This document shows, one piece after another, positions 46,901 through 59,742 of a stretch of DNA of 64,000 nucleotides. Under the pieces are notes generated by a model. That model saw nothing but the letters and a program-made list of their open reading frames with translations, did not search any database and was not told the origin of the DNA. Made by a program: the position numbers and the translations under genes. The DNA is from Marsupella aquatica (Eukaryota; Plantae; Marchantiophyta), in contig OZ316894.1 in the NCBI GenBank assembly GCA_973895155.1, positions 26,769,240-26,833,239 on the forward strand, in the 5' to 3' direction. Numbering within the stretch: position 1 is the stretch's first letter; each line of letters starts with the position of its first letter.

Positions 46901-48253
46901 ACCTTACCTGACAAGGAGTTCCGGTCATTCCCAGGACCATCAACGAAGAATGGCTTCTTCCGGAACACTTGCACCAACCCGCACATCGGAGAGATGATCG
47001 ATTTCTTGCGGGTGATCATGCACTGTAACTTGCCAAGGGCAGAGATCGGCAAGGCTCAGGTCTACCTGGCAGAAAGGCCAGACCCAAGCCGGGATTACAA
47101 CGGGTACCTCCTCAACCAACTGAAGAAGATCTTGAAGGAGGAACAGCAGGTGATCGGCGTGGGAAGCGTGTCCTGGCTTGGCTATCACATGCCGCTGTTG
47201 TGCCGGTATGCCAGAAGTCAAATCTTTGCCCCAGTGTTTCCCCTATCGGCAAGGGCACCGGAGGAGGTTCCGGAGCAGAGGCCGGCACCAGAGAAGCCCA
47301 ACCAACCAGACAATTTGATGATCGAGTAGGTGTTTTGGACAAGGAAAGAAGACGTGCCGATGCAGCAACCAGGCATGCAAAGTCTGTTGAACTTACTGGA
47401 GAAGGAAAGGAGAACGGTTCCGGCAACGGCAACGGCAAGGATACAGGACGATGCCCCAGAGGTCGGCTTAAGCTGACTCAGAGGGGAAGATCCCTTTACC
47501 GGAGCCAAGGAGAGAAGGAGGCCAGAACACAAGCAGGGAGTGCGGATGTATGTGGGAGCCTCAAGCCCCGAATCAAAGGCAGAGTAGCCTAAGGCTCCTT
47601 TCCGCGAAGAGCAGAAGGAGACGACAGCCTGGAAACCAGAGGAACCAGAGGCCGTTTTCACGACTGGACCAGGGGAACAAGGGGAGAAGGCGGGAGTCCA
47701 AGTAGTGGAGGAGGCGGGAGAGGACTACAACAATGATAACTCCGGCTATGGGTCGGATCATCATGTTCCAGGAGTAAGGACCTGTGGCCGATTTATCCCC
47801 ACGCTTCCAAGAGTAGTTTGAGGGGACCCCAACCAGCAGAGTAGCCCGAGTCTCCCCCACCAGAGATTTCTCCCCCGAGCTTTGACGGCATAAAGCAGAC
47901 GGCACAAGAATTTCAGGAGCGACTTAGGGAAGAAGAGAAAGCAGCCCTGGCTAGGGAGAAGGATTTACCAAGAGGAGATTGGCCGAAGGACATCAGGCGG
48001 CTTGCCGAAAAAAGAAGCAACCCTCTTGCCACCATAGAAGAAATCCGCAAGACGGCTTGGGAGCAGAGGCCGCGGTGGGTAATGCCGATGACTTCTAGTT
48101 ACTCCACCTATGCTAAGGATAGAGCCATGGAGTATGGGGAGATGTGTGGGGAACTGGCGTGTGATGCCTAGACAGGAATCACTCGGCCGGTTAGGTGGGT
48201 AAAGCAGGAAGGCACCCTAGGAACACCTTAGTATAGTGACAAAACAAGGAAAA

Positions 48254-48259
48254 TATAAA
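48254..48259 (+). promoter_or_regulatory. Candidate TATA box near the 5' end of the family-A LTR
   Basis: AAATATAAAC about 95 bp from the LTR start, conserved in the older copy at about 45788-45797. Confidence 0.45.
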
Positions 48260-48274
48260 CAATTAGGGGCAACC

Positions 48275-51200
48275 ATGGAACCCGGGCAGAGGCCGGAGGT
48301 AAGGCTGAGGGTGAAAACCCGATTAGGGTTAGGGCGCGTTAAGCGTCGGCGGCTAGGAAGGATCAACGGGAAGAAGGACCGGCAGAGGAGAGGGGTAAGG
48401 AGCGCTTGCAGGAGATGGTGGCTCATTTGCGAGCACGAACTAGGCAGACGACTACGGGAGGCCAACTACTGTCAGCTGCTTAGGCAAGCACTCGGGGAGA
48501 GAGTAGATACCGACGATCAACCTAAGGAGGGTATGAGCAACGTCAATCAAGCGGCACATTTCTGGGGATGCCTGTTCGAACGGGCAACTGAGTACATCAA
48601 GACTTACGAGGACGAGGAGTCAGAAAGGGCAGCTCGAGAACGGCAGGAGCTCGCTCGATTGTGGGAGCTGCAGAAGACGGCTTTCTTAGGAGGCGAACTC
48701 ATCAAGGACGAGTTCCTGTGGACGCCTACTTCCAATCAACTCGACGATCTTCTGTTTTGCAAAGACAGCGTCGTCGGCATCCGAGAGGCCATCAAGAACT
48801 GCAACGACATACACTGGGAATTAAAGGGTAGCACGGAAAGGTGGACCCGGGCAACGGTGCTAGGAGAAACCTCCACGACAGCAGAGATGAAGAGGAAGGG
48901 AGCCGTCAACGATGAAGCCACCCCGGCAAAAAGAACGAGGTCGGCGGCACCAAAGAAGCCAGCCGAGCAGCAGAGCAGGAGGCAGGGAGAAGCCGAAGAG
49001 GAGGAGGTCGATCCCATCAAGGCCATTCCAACCAGGGATGACACCTGGAAGGGCTGGGCGGCAACCCTACCGGTGGAGGTGCAACTACATTTTGCACGGG
49101 AGGAGGATGCATGCTTTACGGCCATGCAGACCAAGAAGTACCAAGGCTTCATGGCCGGATCCGGCTTGGAGGCCTTTGTAAGATTACCATGGCTGAAGCC
49201 GGAGGTACCGGAGTCAGACCTATTAGAATTCGTGGGGTCATGGGAACCCGAGACCAATTGCACGAGGATATATGGGAAGGATTTCTATCTTACTCCCAAG
49301 GTGATTGCCGAAGTGTTTGGCTTGCCGATGGGCAATAAGACCAAAGTTGATACCAGGAAGACCTTGCCTGACAAGGAGTTCCGGTCGTTCCCCGGGCCAT
49401 CAACGAAGAATGGCTTCTTCCGGAACACCTGCACCAACCCGCACATAGGAGAGATGATCGACTTCTTGCGGGTGACCATGCATTGTAACTTGCCGAGGGC
49501 AGAGATCGGCAAGGCACAGGTCTATCTGGCAGAAAGGCCAGACCCAAGCCGGGACTACAACGGGTACCTCCTCAACCAATTGAAGAAGATCTTAAAGGAG
49601 GAGCAGCAGGTAATCGGCATGGGGAGCGTGTCGCGGCTTGGCTATCACATGCTGCTGTTGTGCCGGTATGCCAGAGGTCAGACTTTTGCCCCGGTACTTC
49701 CCCTGCAGGTAAGGGCACCCGAGGAAGCTCCAACGCCGAGGCCGTTGGCTGAGAAGCCTCAACCACCTGTTAGTCCTACGATCGAGCAGGTGTTTAGGCC
49801 CAGGAAGGAAGACTTGCCGATGCAGCAACCAGGCATGCAGAGTCTGCTGAAACTACTGGAGAAAGAAAAGAGATCGGCATCGGCAAAAACAACGGCAACG
49901 GCAACAATGCAGGACACTACTACAGAGGTAGGCCTACACCGGCTCACAAGAGAAAACCCCTTTGCTGGAGACAAGGAGAGAATCAGGCCGGAATCCAAGC
50001 CAGGTGTTCGAATGTACGTGGGAACCTCAAGCTCCAAATCTGAGGCAGAATTTCCTGAAGCTCCTACCAACGAAGAGGAGAGGGAGAAGCCGGACGTCCA
50101 AGAGGTAGAGGAGGCAGTGGAGGACTGCAGCCATGATAATTCCGGCTATGGGTCGGACCATCACGTTCCAGGAGTAAGGACCTGTGGCCGGTTTGTCCCC
50201 ACACTTCCAAGGGTAGTGCGAGGGGACCCCAACCAGCAGAGTAGCCCTGAGTCTCCCCCACCAGATGTTGCTCCCCCGAGCTTCGACGGCATAAAACAGA
50301 CGGTGCAGGAATTTCAGGAGCGAATCAAGCAGGAGGAAGAGGCCGCCCTGGCTAAGGAAAAGGATTTACCAGGAGGAGATTGGCCGGAGGACATCAGGCG
50401 GCTAGCCGAAAAAGGAAGCAAACCTCTAGCCACGATTGAAGAGATCCGTAGGACGGCTTGGGAGCAGAGGCCACGATGGGCGATGCCGATCACTTCTACT
50501 TACTCCACCTACGCTAAGAATAGAGCCATGGAGTATGGTGAGATGTGTGGGGAACTTGCGCTCGGCATCTTTGGAGAGGAGTTGGAGGTAGGACCCTTTT
50601 TCCATAGGGAGCAGTTGGAGAAGCACCAATTAGAAGAAGCGGTGGCTTTAGAGAGAAGCAAGAAGGATGAGGTCATTCGGCGGCTTAGGAGGATGGAAGC
50701 CGAGATTGAAGATCTAAGGGCGGCCAAGAAAGCCCAAGATGAACTGCGGATTAAATGACATGAGCTGAACATCATGCAGGGGCAGTTGGACGCCGCGCAG
50801 GCTGATAATCAGAATATCAAGGATAAACTGACTCAGACGCAGGAAGAGTTGGCCGACACGATCAAAGAAAGGGAAAAGTGGAAGCAAGAGCTGAAGAATA
50901 CAGAGGAGGCCCACATAACAGCCAACAGCCGGGCCATGGCGGAGACCCAAAGAAAGGAATGGGCGTTGAAAGGGGAGCTCGAGAAAATCCGCGGAGCCCT
51001 TGAGCAGAAGGAGGTCGAGTTAGGGAAATCCTATCAAGGGATTATGGCGCTGCAGCAGGAGCTTGCGTCCCTGACGGCCAGCTTCAAGGCCGACCTAAGG
51101 GAGAAGGACGAGATGCTCGAACAGACTTACGCCAAGATGAACCAGATGGAGTCTGTCATCATTGCAGAGCTCGACAAGGAGCTAAGAGCAACCCACGAGG

Positions 51201-51898
51201 AGAAGGCTACCTTGAAGAAGGAATTGGAGGAAGCCCACAGGGAGCAGGAGGAGGCCAAAAACGAGCTGGAGGGGGCACGTAAGGACCTGGATGAAACCCA
51301 AGAGGAGTTGGAGGAAATCACGAGGAAGATGGAGAACCTACAGCGGCGGGCCGACAACCAAACAGAGCGGCTGAAGAAACAAGCCGCAGTATTTAAATGC
51401 TTAGCTGCAGCAGGTCCATCTCCTGTTGGGACAAACCAGTTACCAGGGGTGGTAATTGCCGAAGGACAAGCCGCGCCACCTGCACCAGTGCCGGAAGTAA
51501 GTGGGAAGGGGAAGGGACCAGCTGCCGAGCCACCAATGAAGAAGAAGCGGAAACCTTCAGGGTCAAGGAGTAATACGACTTCACAGGCCGTGGTGATCAA
51601 GGAGGTAGACCCAGCACCGACCCCAGACAGGGTCACGGCTAAGGATCCAACTACCCTAGGGGAAGGGGAAGCCGAAGCCGTGGGAGTGGCTGAAGCCGAA
51701 GCCGTGGGAGTGGCTGAGGCCGAAGCCGTGGGTATTGCCGAGGCCGGTGTCGAGGCTGAAGCCGAAGGTGGACCCAGTCAGGCCGATGGAGAGTTGACTC
51801 GGTCAAGGGCAGGTAATCTGTCAGTAGGCGGGCCAACGGCAGTGGCTGAGGAGGAAGTGTTGGGGGCGTCCATTGAGGATCCACCACCGGTGTCGTGA
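48275..51898 (+). pseudogene. LTR-encoded protein, best-preserved copy (1207 codons from ATG 48275, or 1121 from ATG 48533)
   Basis: A single reading frame broken only by CGA>TGA at 50756-50758; the two other young copies have CGA at this codon. Confidence 0.9.
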
Positions 51899-54526
51899 CG
51901 GTGCAAGGGCGCCGTTCCTTTTAGGGAGGGCGGACGTGGAGGGAGGAGGCGTGAGTGGGCAGGGCGGGCACGGATCTCCACGTTTAGGATTAGGATCAGA
52001 ACCAGGAGCGGCCCTGACACTTAGCTTAGTGGGATTGCGGTCCCACTGGTAGGAGCAACACTTGTGCTCCTGCCTTGCTGTACATAGGTAGATTCGGGCA
52101 AGTAGATTACTGTTAAGTAGATTAGGCTTACGATGCAAAGAAGGGCGGATCCACTACCAGGATAAGTACCTGGGCAGCGGGGAGCTCAGGGCCTCTTCTT
52201 TAGCAAGTTTTTAGTTTGCACCAGCCGGGCTGGGATCAAGTAGTACGAGAAGCTCTCGGTTAGTCATACAATGACCCTTGTGTATATTCATGTTTCCTCA
52301 TGCCTAAGAGCTGAATAGAGTTGGCCTCACGGCTTAGTTCGCAGAACTTGTGTATGAGATGTACTGTTTGTATGGCAAGTGCATGGTATGACTCAGTCAG
52401 AATGAGTCATTTTGCTATTTGTGTGTCGCATTAACTTGTGTGAAGAGTGCCCACATCAACAGAAGGAAGGAAAGTAAGCAGGGGAGTGAGAGTTGGATGT
52501 GTCGAGCTGAGAGAGGTCTTAGCGGCTTAACCAAGCCTATTGGGGATCATTCCGGCGGCGGAATCCAAACATACCTAACAAGACGGAGGGGAAGACAGGG
52601 GAAGACAGGGGAAGGCCTATATTAGGCCGGCTACGTATCTCATGACCCGATGAAGGATCTGTCCAGTATATGTGTGTAAAATGTTAATAGTAGTAGTAGA
52701 AGGTTAGCAGCGTCCCATGCCGCTAAGCCGCGGAAACGGCCTCGCCGAGCACGAAACCTGCGGGAATCGGCTTGAGCTGGGGGGTTTCTTGGGTTTAGGG
52801 AGCCATGGGACGCACCACATGGCGCTCAGCATCTTTGGGGAGGAGTTGGAGCAAGGACCCTTTTTCCAAAGGGAGATGTTGGAAAAGCACCGATTAGAAG
52901 AAGCGGTGGCTTTGGAGAGGAGCAAGAAGGACGAGGTTATCCGGCGGCTTAAGGAGAAGGAAGCCGAGATGGAAATCCTGCAGGTGGCCAAGAAAGCCCA
53001 AGATGAACTACGGATTAAGCGGCATGAGCTAAACATCATGCAGGGGCAGTTGGATACCGCTCAGTCTGACAATCAGATTATCAAAGATAAACTGACTCGG
53101 ACCCAAGGAGAGTTGGCCGGCGCAGTCAAGGAAAGAGAGAAATGGAAGCGGGAGCTAAGGGATGCAGAGGAGGCCCACTTAGCAACCAACAATCGGGCCA
53201 TGGCGGAGAACCATAGAAAAGAGAGGGCGTTGAAAGGAGAGCTCGAAGATATCCGCGGAGCCCTTGAGCATAAGGAAGCAGAGTTAAGGAAATCCTATCA
53301 AGGGTTTATTGCGCTGCAGTAGGAGCTTGCGTCCCTGACGGCCAGCTTCAAGGCCGACCTGCGTGAAAAGGACAACCAGCTCGACCAGACTTATGCCAAG
53401 ATGAATAAAATGGAGTCTGTGGTCGTAGCAGAGCTCGACAAGGAGCTAAGAGCAACCCAGGAGGAGAGGGCTACCTTAAGGAGGGAATTGGAGGAAGCCA
53501 ATAAGGAGCTGGAGGAGGCGCGCAAGGACCTGGACGAGACCCAGGAGGAGTTGGAGGAAATCACGAGAAAGATGGAGAACCTACAACGGCGGGCCGACAA
53601 CCAAATAGAGCGGCTGAAGACACAAGCCGCAGTATTTAAATGCTTGGCTTCATCAGGTCCAACTCCAATTGGGGGAACCCAATTACCAGGGGTAGTATTG
53701 GCCGCAGGACAAGCCAAAACACTCACCCCGGTGCCGAAGGTAGGTGGCAAGGGGAAGGAACTGGCTGTCAAAATAGGGAAGAAGAAGAAGCGGAAACCTT
53801 CTAGGTCTGGGAGTTATACGGCTTCTCAAGCCGAGGGGACCGAGAGGATAAACCCGACATCAATCTCCAGCATCAGAACGGCGGTGGATCCACCAGTCCT
53901 AGGAAGTGGAGATGGACCGGATCCTCCGCTAGAGCATGTCGGGGAGGCCGTAGCCGTATCGGAGGCCGTAGCCGTATCGGAGGCCGTAGCCGTATCGGAG
54001 GCCGGGACCGATGATGAAGCCAAAGCCGAGGGTGGACCCAGTCATGCCGATGAAGAGTTGACTCGGTCAAGGGCAGGTAATCTGTCAGTGGACGGACCAA
54101 CGGTAGTGGCTGCGGAGGAAACGTTGGGGGCATCCATTGAGAACCAGCCACCGGTGTCGTGACGGTGTAAGGGCGCCGTCCCTTTTAGGGAGGGCGGACG
54201 TGGAGGTAGGAGGCGTGAGTGGGCAAGACGGGCGCTGATCTCCAAGTTTAGATTTAGGATCAGGACCAGGAGACGGCCCTGACACTTAGATTAGTGAGAT
54301 TTTGGATCCGCGGGTGAGGCACTAGAAGGAAATCGGGATTTTATCACTACCTAATTCACTTGTTTCAGAGTGATAACGGACAATTTACAACTCAATGGTT
54401 TGAGTGCACTAATGTCAGTCGCTTTAGACAACTAGTCGTATTGAGCATGAAGTCGTTTATAACAAGTACTCAAAATGTATGAGTGGTTTATGTCACCGTC
54501 GGTTTCAAACCCAACGGTCTTAAATA

Positions 54527-55055
54527 ACTAGAAAAATAACAGTTATTTAAATTTTGCCCAAAACAACTACTATGGTGACTTTTTTTGACAAATGATACTT
54601 AGACATGTGGCGGTCTCCACAATCATTGGGGGTGACATTTGCCAAAAGTCAATTGTGGTCAATGCACCTTGAACCTCAAACAACTTCTTTCATGACTAGA
54701 ATTCAAGTAGAAACTATATAGCCCTTGCCACTATATGACTAGATTTTGAGTCTTAAAGATACTTTGTGTCAAACTTTTAATACTAATTATATGACTAGAA
54801 AAATAACAATTATTAAATTTTGCCCAAAACTACTATGGTGACTTTTTTTGACAAATGATACCTAAACATGTGGAGGTCTCCACAATCATTGGGGGTGACA
54901 ATTGCCAAAAGTCAATTATGGTCAATGCACCCTGAACCTCAAATAACTTCTTTCGTGACTAGAATTCAAGTAGAAACTATATAGCCCTTGCCACTATATG
55001 ACTAGATTTTGAGTCTTAAAGATACTTTGTGTTAACTTTTAATACTAGTTATATG
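54527..55055. repeat. Two-copy tandem repeat of about 265 bp in the CACTA subterminal region
   Basis: Units start ACTAGAAAAATAAC at 54527 and 54794 and are highly similar. Confidence 0.9.
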
Positions 55056-55769
55056 ACTAGAATTGAAATCATAATCAAATTACATTTACAACTTGTAGTG
55101 TCACTAAATTTAAAGTGATAACATGACATATTAGACACATGTAGTACTTGCAGCTATATAACTAAGTTTGATGTAATAAAGATATTATTTTACAATTTAG
55201 TTTTTGATATATATCTGAAATTGAAGTAGTAATTGTAAAGCTTTTGTTATTTGTTATATATGACTGTATTTACAGACCTATCATTCAGTCCATTATTACT
55301 TGCTATATGACTACATCTTAAGTGTTATAGATTGCTACGTTACGACTTTAAAATGGGTGATGAACATCATATCTTTAATAACTATAGTTGCAGTAGTATG
55401 GCCATGGTCTAGTATTGATCACTTCAATTGTAGTGATTTGGGTGTACTATAGAACTTGAATGATAGTACATTGGAATGTCGAATCACTAGATGTAGAGTC
55501 ATTAGTTTCGAAGTTCTAAACCCTAAATAGCAATAGCAAAAACCTCAAATGTCTCACATACACATTCAAATAAATTTGAGAAATGACACAATCTTAGTAA
55601 GTCATCATTTCAAACACCAACAAAATTCCAGAGTGATACACATCTGGGAATCCAAAAACTGAGAACCATAGTTGCACAATAGTATCCATGCTACCTATAT
55701 GGGAACCTACATACTTCTTCAATCACATGGATTCTCTATTGCAAGCTCTACTCCTCAATTACTAATCCT

Positions 55770-58737
55770 ACTTCCTCATTAACTTCTGCCTCCACAAAAA
55801 TGGGTGCCCCTTCACATGTTTGAGGGCTACCAAGCCTTCTGGGTGCTTTTCTTGGAGAGGTGCATCTCCATTCAAAATAGAAACAGCTTTGACAATCAAG
55901 AAGCCAGTAGGAACTGGGTTGTCATAATATCAATCAAGTCCACATACTCCATCGATTCTGGCAATAGCAATCACCTACTAATCCACTGGTGATTTCAATT
56001 TCACCATGTCTCCTACTTTAAACTGTCACACATCAACAACATAACACAGCCATTTCATTACTTAGACTTGTTAATGACAAGTTACAGCAAATAAACGAAT
56101 AGGACATGTATTGAAAGCAATCACTTGCTTTTGCTCACCTTCAAGACAAAAGGTGAAGGGATCGACTTTGAAAACTTTGTAACAATGGCTTCTTCAGATG
56201 ACTTTGTCAAAACAACTTCAGGTGTCAAAGCTTCTATTATCTCCTGCAAAATAGATTAGGGTGAGACAACTTACATAAGCATACCCTACCAGGTTCACAT
56301 TACAAATTCATGGGATAATGAACACATTAATAGTACAAAGTTTAGGGTTTAGATGGTATTCCAACCTTATCTTTGCCTGCTTGATCATGCTGCGCAGGCG
56401 AACTGTATACCACCTCTGTTTCTTCATTGATCTCTTGCTTCACAATCACTGGGTCATAATTGTATTCCACAGCAGCATTGAGATCAATCCCCTGATCATC
56501 TTCAACTGCCCATTAACATTTCAAGACATTAGAAAATATTCACTAATCCAAGTCATGCATGCTTGATTACACATACTTTAACTGCCCTCTATAAAGAACA
56601 TACCTTCTTTGGTCAAGTTCACCAAAAAGTCTAGTTTCACAGCTGAAGTACTACGGCCTGAATGGCTTTTCGGAACTGAACTCATTCGTGGGCATTGAAG
56701 ACTGTCCCGGCCCAACTGGGACAGTTCTGGTTTCTTCCACATCTTGACTTAGGCTAGGTTTTGTCAAAACAGTTAACATTTTTTGAAACCCAACACTCAT
56801 CCCTGTACTTATTGCATTCACAATTGTACTCAACATACGCTCATCACGTCCTTCCTCGTCTCCCATCATAGCCCTGGAACCTGGAGTCTGCAACCATTGA
56901 ACAATCATACAAAAGTTAGTGGATATCACCTAGACTTGGCAATTTGGAAATCAAAAATTGGACTTGTGAACTAATACTCACAATTGACTTTCTGCCTCTC
57001 CGATGAGATGGTGTGGTCTGTCCTGTGACAGATCTCACACTTGATACTCCAAATCTATCATCTTTTGAGCGTAGCTCAGATAGAGGTGGACTTTCCCCTC
57101 TTTTTCTCTTCTGAGCAATGAAACCAAACAATACATATTAGAATGAAACTTCTTGCTTCTTTGCATACCAATTGCTAAAACAAAGAAAGACACATGTTGT
57201 AAGCCTACTTGTTGTTTACAAACATTCATAATAACTGTAAATGAATCTTGTATACTTACAAAGTCAGACTCCTTCCCACGGTAGCCACCTCGTCCAACCC
57301 TTGATGGATTAATGACTTTAGATCTTGCATACTTCATCTTGTCAATGCTAGACATCCCTTCTAGAGACAGCCACCACTCACACAATGCCTTCCAATGTTC
57401 AGGCTTCACATTCTCAGGGGGCTTCTTGTCCAAGCGTCTTCCACCTTCCTGAAAATGTTTGTGGAGTCTTGCTCGCTGTGCTTTCATTACTGCTGAACAA
57501 TGAGACCTGAACTTCTTCATTGACAGAGTCCCCTGTACATATTCCCAATCGTTCTCCAACACAGCATAAACATGAAGAAGAACCCCTGAGTCTTGCTTCT
57601 TAATCTCATGGATAGAAGGATTCAGTTTACCCATACACACAGCACGAAGATCATCTCCCCAATGTGCCCGATATGGATCACTAGGATCAACATCATTGTT
57701 CCAAATCTACACACAATGCATCATAAGAGACCAATAACAGAGGACAAACAATAAATCACAAGCATGATCTTTCACAAGCAACATACAGTGATTGCAGCTT
57801 TCTTCAAGCCCAACTTGCGACGCTCGCTTGTGTTCTCTTCCCATTGTTTCTTTGCAGCACAAGATGATTGTCGTACGTGTGTCTGTTCTGATCTTTCTGT
57901 GACAATTCCATCATCCAGATCACGAGTAGATGCTCTAGGCAAGGGTGTCACTACCACAACCAACCAAAGAGATTCTGTTAGCAAGTCAAACATTAATGTA
58001 ACTTGTGACAATCAATCTGCAACTGTGAGAATCTTTGAACTCAGGATTCACTTGGCAAGTCAAAAACAAGTTCATGGCAAGTGAGGTAATGAATAAATTA
58101 CTTACACACACTCACTTCCTTTGTCCTAGGATCCACATAATATTTAAGCCCTGACTTTCGGGGAGCCTGAGGATAATAGTGTGCACATTCAAGTAATTAG
58201 TAACAGTAGCACCAGATTGAGATATACGGAAATTGGACAATTAATGCAATTAGCTTCAATTGAAGTAAAAAATGACAATGAGTCTTCTCCTACCTTACGT
58301 GGCTCTTCAACACCATCTGATTCAACGCCATCACTTAAACCTGCCCCATAGTTTGTGTCAGCTGACTGTTCAGACCCATCACTCCCATTGTTATCACTCT
58401 CCATGATTTTCTCCAAGTGCCTGCCAAGTAATCGTGAACTCCTACGCTTTGCTACAGACGGTTGATTCTGTTCAGTCTTCTTTGACAACTTAGAAAGACG
58501 CTTGCGCCTTGACTCTCCCTGTAAACTGCAATCACCCTGACAATGTCATGAGTGTGAACCATTAGTAATAAAGTCAAGGCATAAATTCAAAACTATATAG
58601 GGATAGAGTACATACTTTAAATCACTTGCAGCAGTTCCTACGAACCGGTCAAGTATAGCTTTGTTGGCTGCTATGTTCCTATTCCTCTGTGCCTCATAGG
58701 CATTCTCAGAACCTTTCACCCCAGACCGATCATGCAT
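55770..58737 (-). CDS. CACTA second gene (TnpA-like), multi-exon, boundaries approximate
   Basis: An exon reads KPPENVKPEHWKALCEWW...KMKYARSKVINPSRVGRGGY, as in En/Spm TnpA-type proteins. An N-terminal exon reads YEAQRNRNIAANKAIL, and GT/AG introns are visible. Confidence 0.65.
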
Positions 58738-58811
58738 TTCAATTCAAAACTGCATAAAAAAACACTCTCACCAAAGAGCAATCAGTACTTCCTACCCCAA
58801 GAGGCACATTC

Positions 58812-59742
58812 TCACTCTTCATCTGAATCTTCTTCATCTTCCCAGACATCATCATCATCACTATCACTTCTTGTCAACATTGCCATCTCCTGAAAAACTA
58901 CAATTTCTCCTTCATCCAAGGACACTCGTCTGTTAGCTGCTGCAACAAGCTCAGCCTCAACAGCCTCATGACGATCCACAAGATCATTAAACTCAAGGTC
59001 ATTTATACCCTCAACAACTCATCGAGACCTCCCTTCCTTATGGAGAACATGTCTCCAAGAGGCCCCGGCTGTGTTTGGGTAGAAGAAAACCTGCTCAATC
59101 TGACTGGGCAAGACATAATCTAATTTCTCAACTGAGGGATAAGGCATATTAAAATTAGCAAGCCATAGGCCAGTCTCATCATGTTTCATTGATGGATTAG
59201 ACCTCTCCTCTTCCCACTTAGACCGCACCCACTTTGCCTTCAAGATTATGGCTAGTTCAGAATGTAACAGAGGTCCATAGTCAAGCACAAGTATCTGTGT
59301 CATAACCCCCACATATGTAAGCTTGGCCAAATTCACCCCAGTTTCTTCCCTGATCTGCTCATGGAAAGTTGTGGCCACCCCTGAATCGAATGTAGCATAT
59401 CCTTGACAATCAGTGTCCCTGAGAGTGGACATCTCACGCCATTCACCATTCCTATCTTTGCAGCACATCACTCTATAATGGTTCCCAAAAGCCTTCATTG
59501 AATTGTAAGACAAAGCCTTCTGGCTTGGTGGAAAAGAAATTGCAGTCAACAACAACTTGTCCTCATTGTCATCCAGGTTAGCCTTGTGTATTGTATCCCT
59601 GAACCACACTCCAAAAGGAATGGAAGCAAATTCAGCAGGACAGACCATTGCTTGACGTCTGCCTCGTCGTCGTTCTGCATTATTCTGTCTTCCAACAGCT
59701 TCCCTTTCTATCCTTTGCTCCTCCTCTTCTGACTCATATAAC
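58812..59742 (-). pseudogene. C-terminal exon of the CACTA transposase (TnpD, DUF4216-like region)
   Basis: FGVWFRD, FGNHYRV, TFDSGV, YVGVMTQILVLDYG, LKAKWV, YVLPSQIEQVFF and WRHVL. There is a premature TGA at 59019-59021 before an acidic tail. Confidence 0.82.

Larger units (their letters stand above)
48160..52819 (+). mobile_element. Young family-A solo LTR (4660 bp)
   Basis: TGTGATGCC...GCACCACA ends, 5-bp TSD TGGCG (48155-48159 and 52820-52824), and no internal region. Confidence 0.96.
45698..54319 (+). mobile_element. Older diverged family-A LTR (pieces 45698-48159 and 52825-54319), interrupted by the CACTA element
   Basis: Starts TGTGATGCCTAG. The ORF remnant is collinear with the solo LTR and rejoins as GELA|LSIFGEE. 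It has several stop codons. Confidence 0.9.

Noticed and set aside
54527-55055. CRISPR-like or satellite array
   Set aside because: Only two long units with no spacers, in a eukaryotic CACTA subterminal context.
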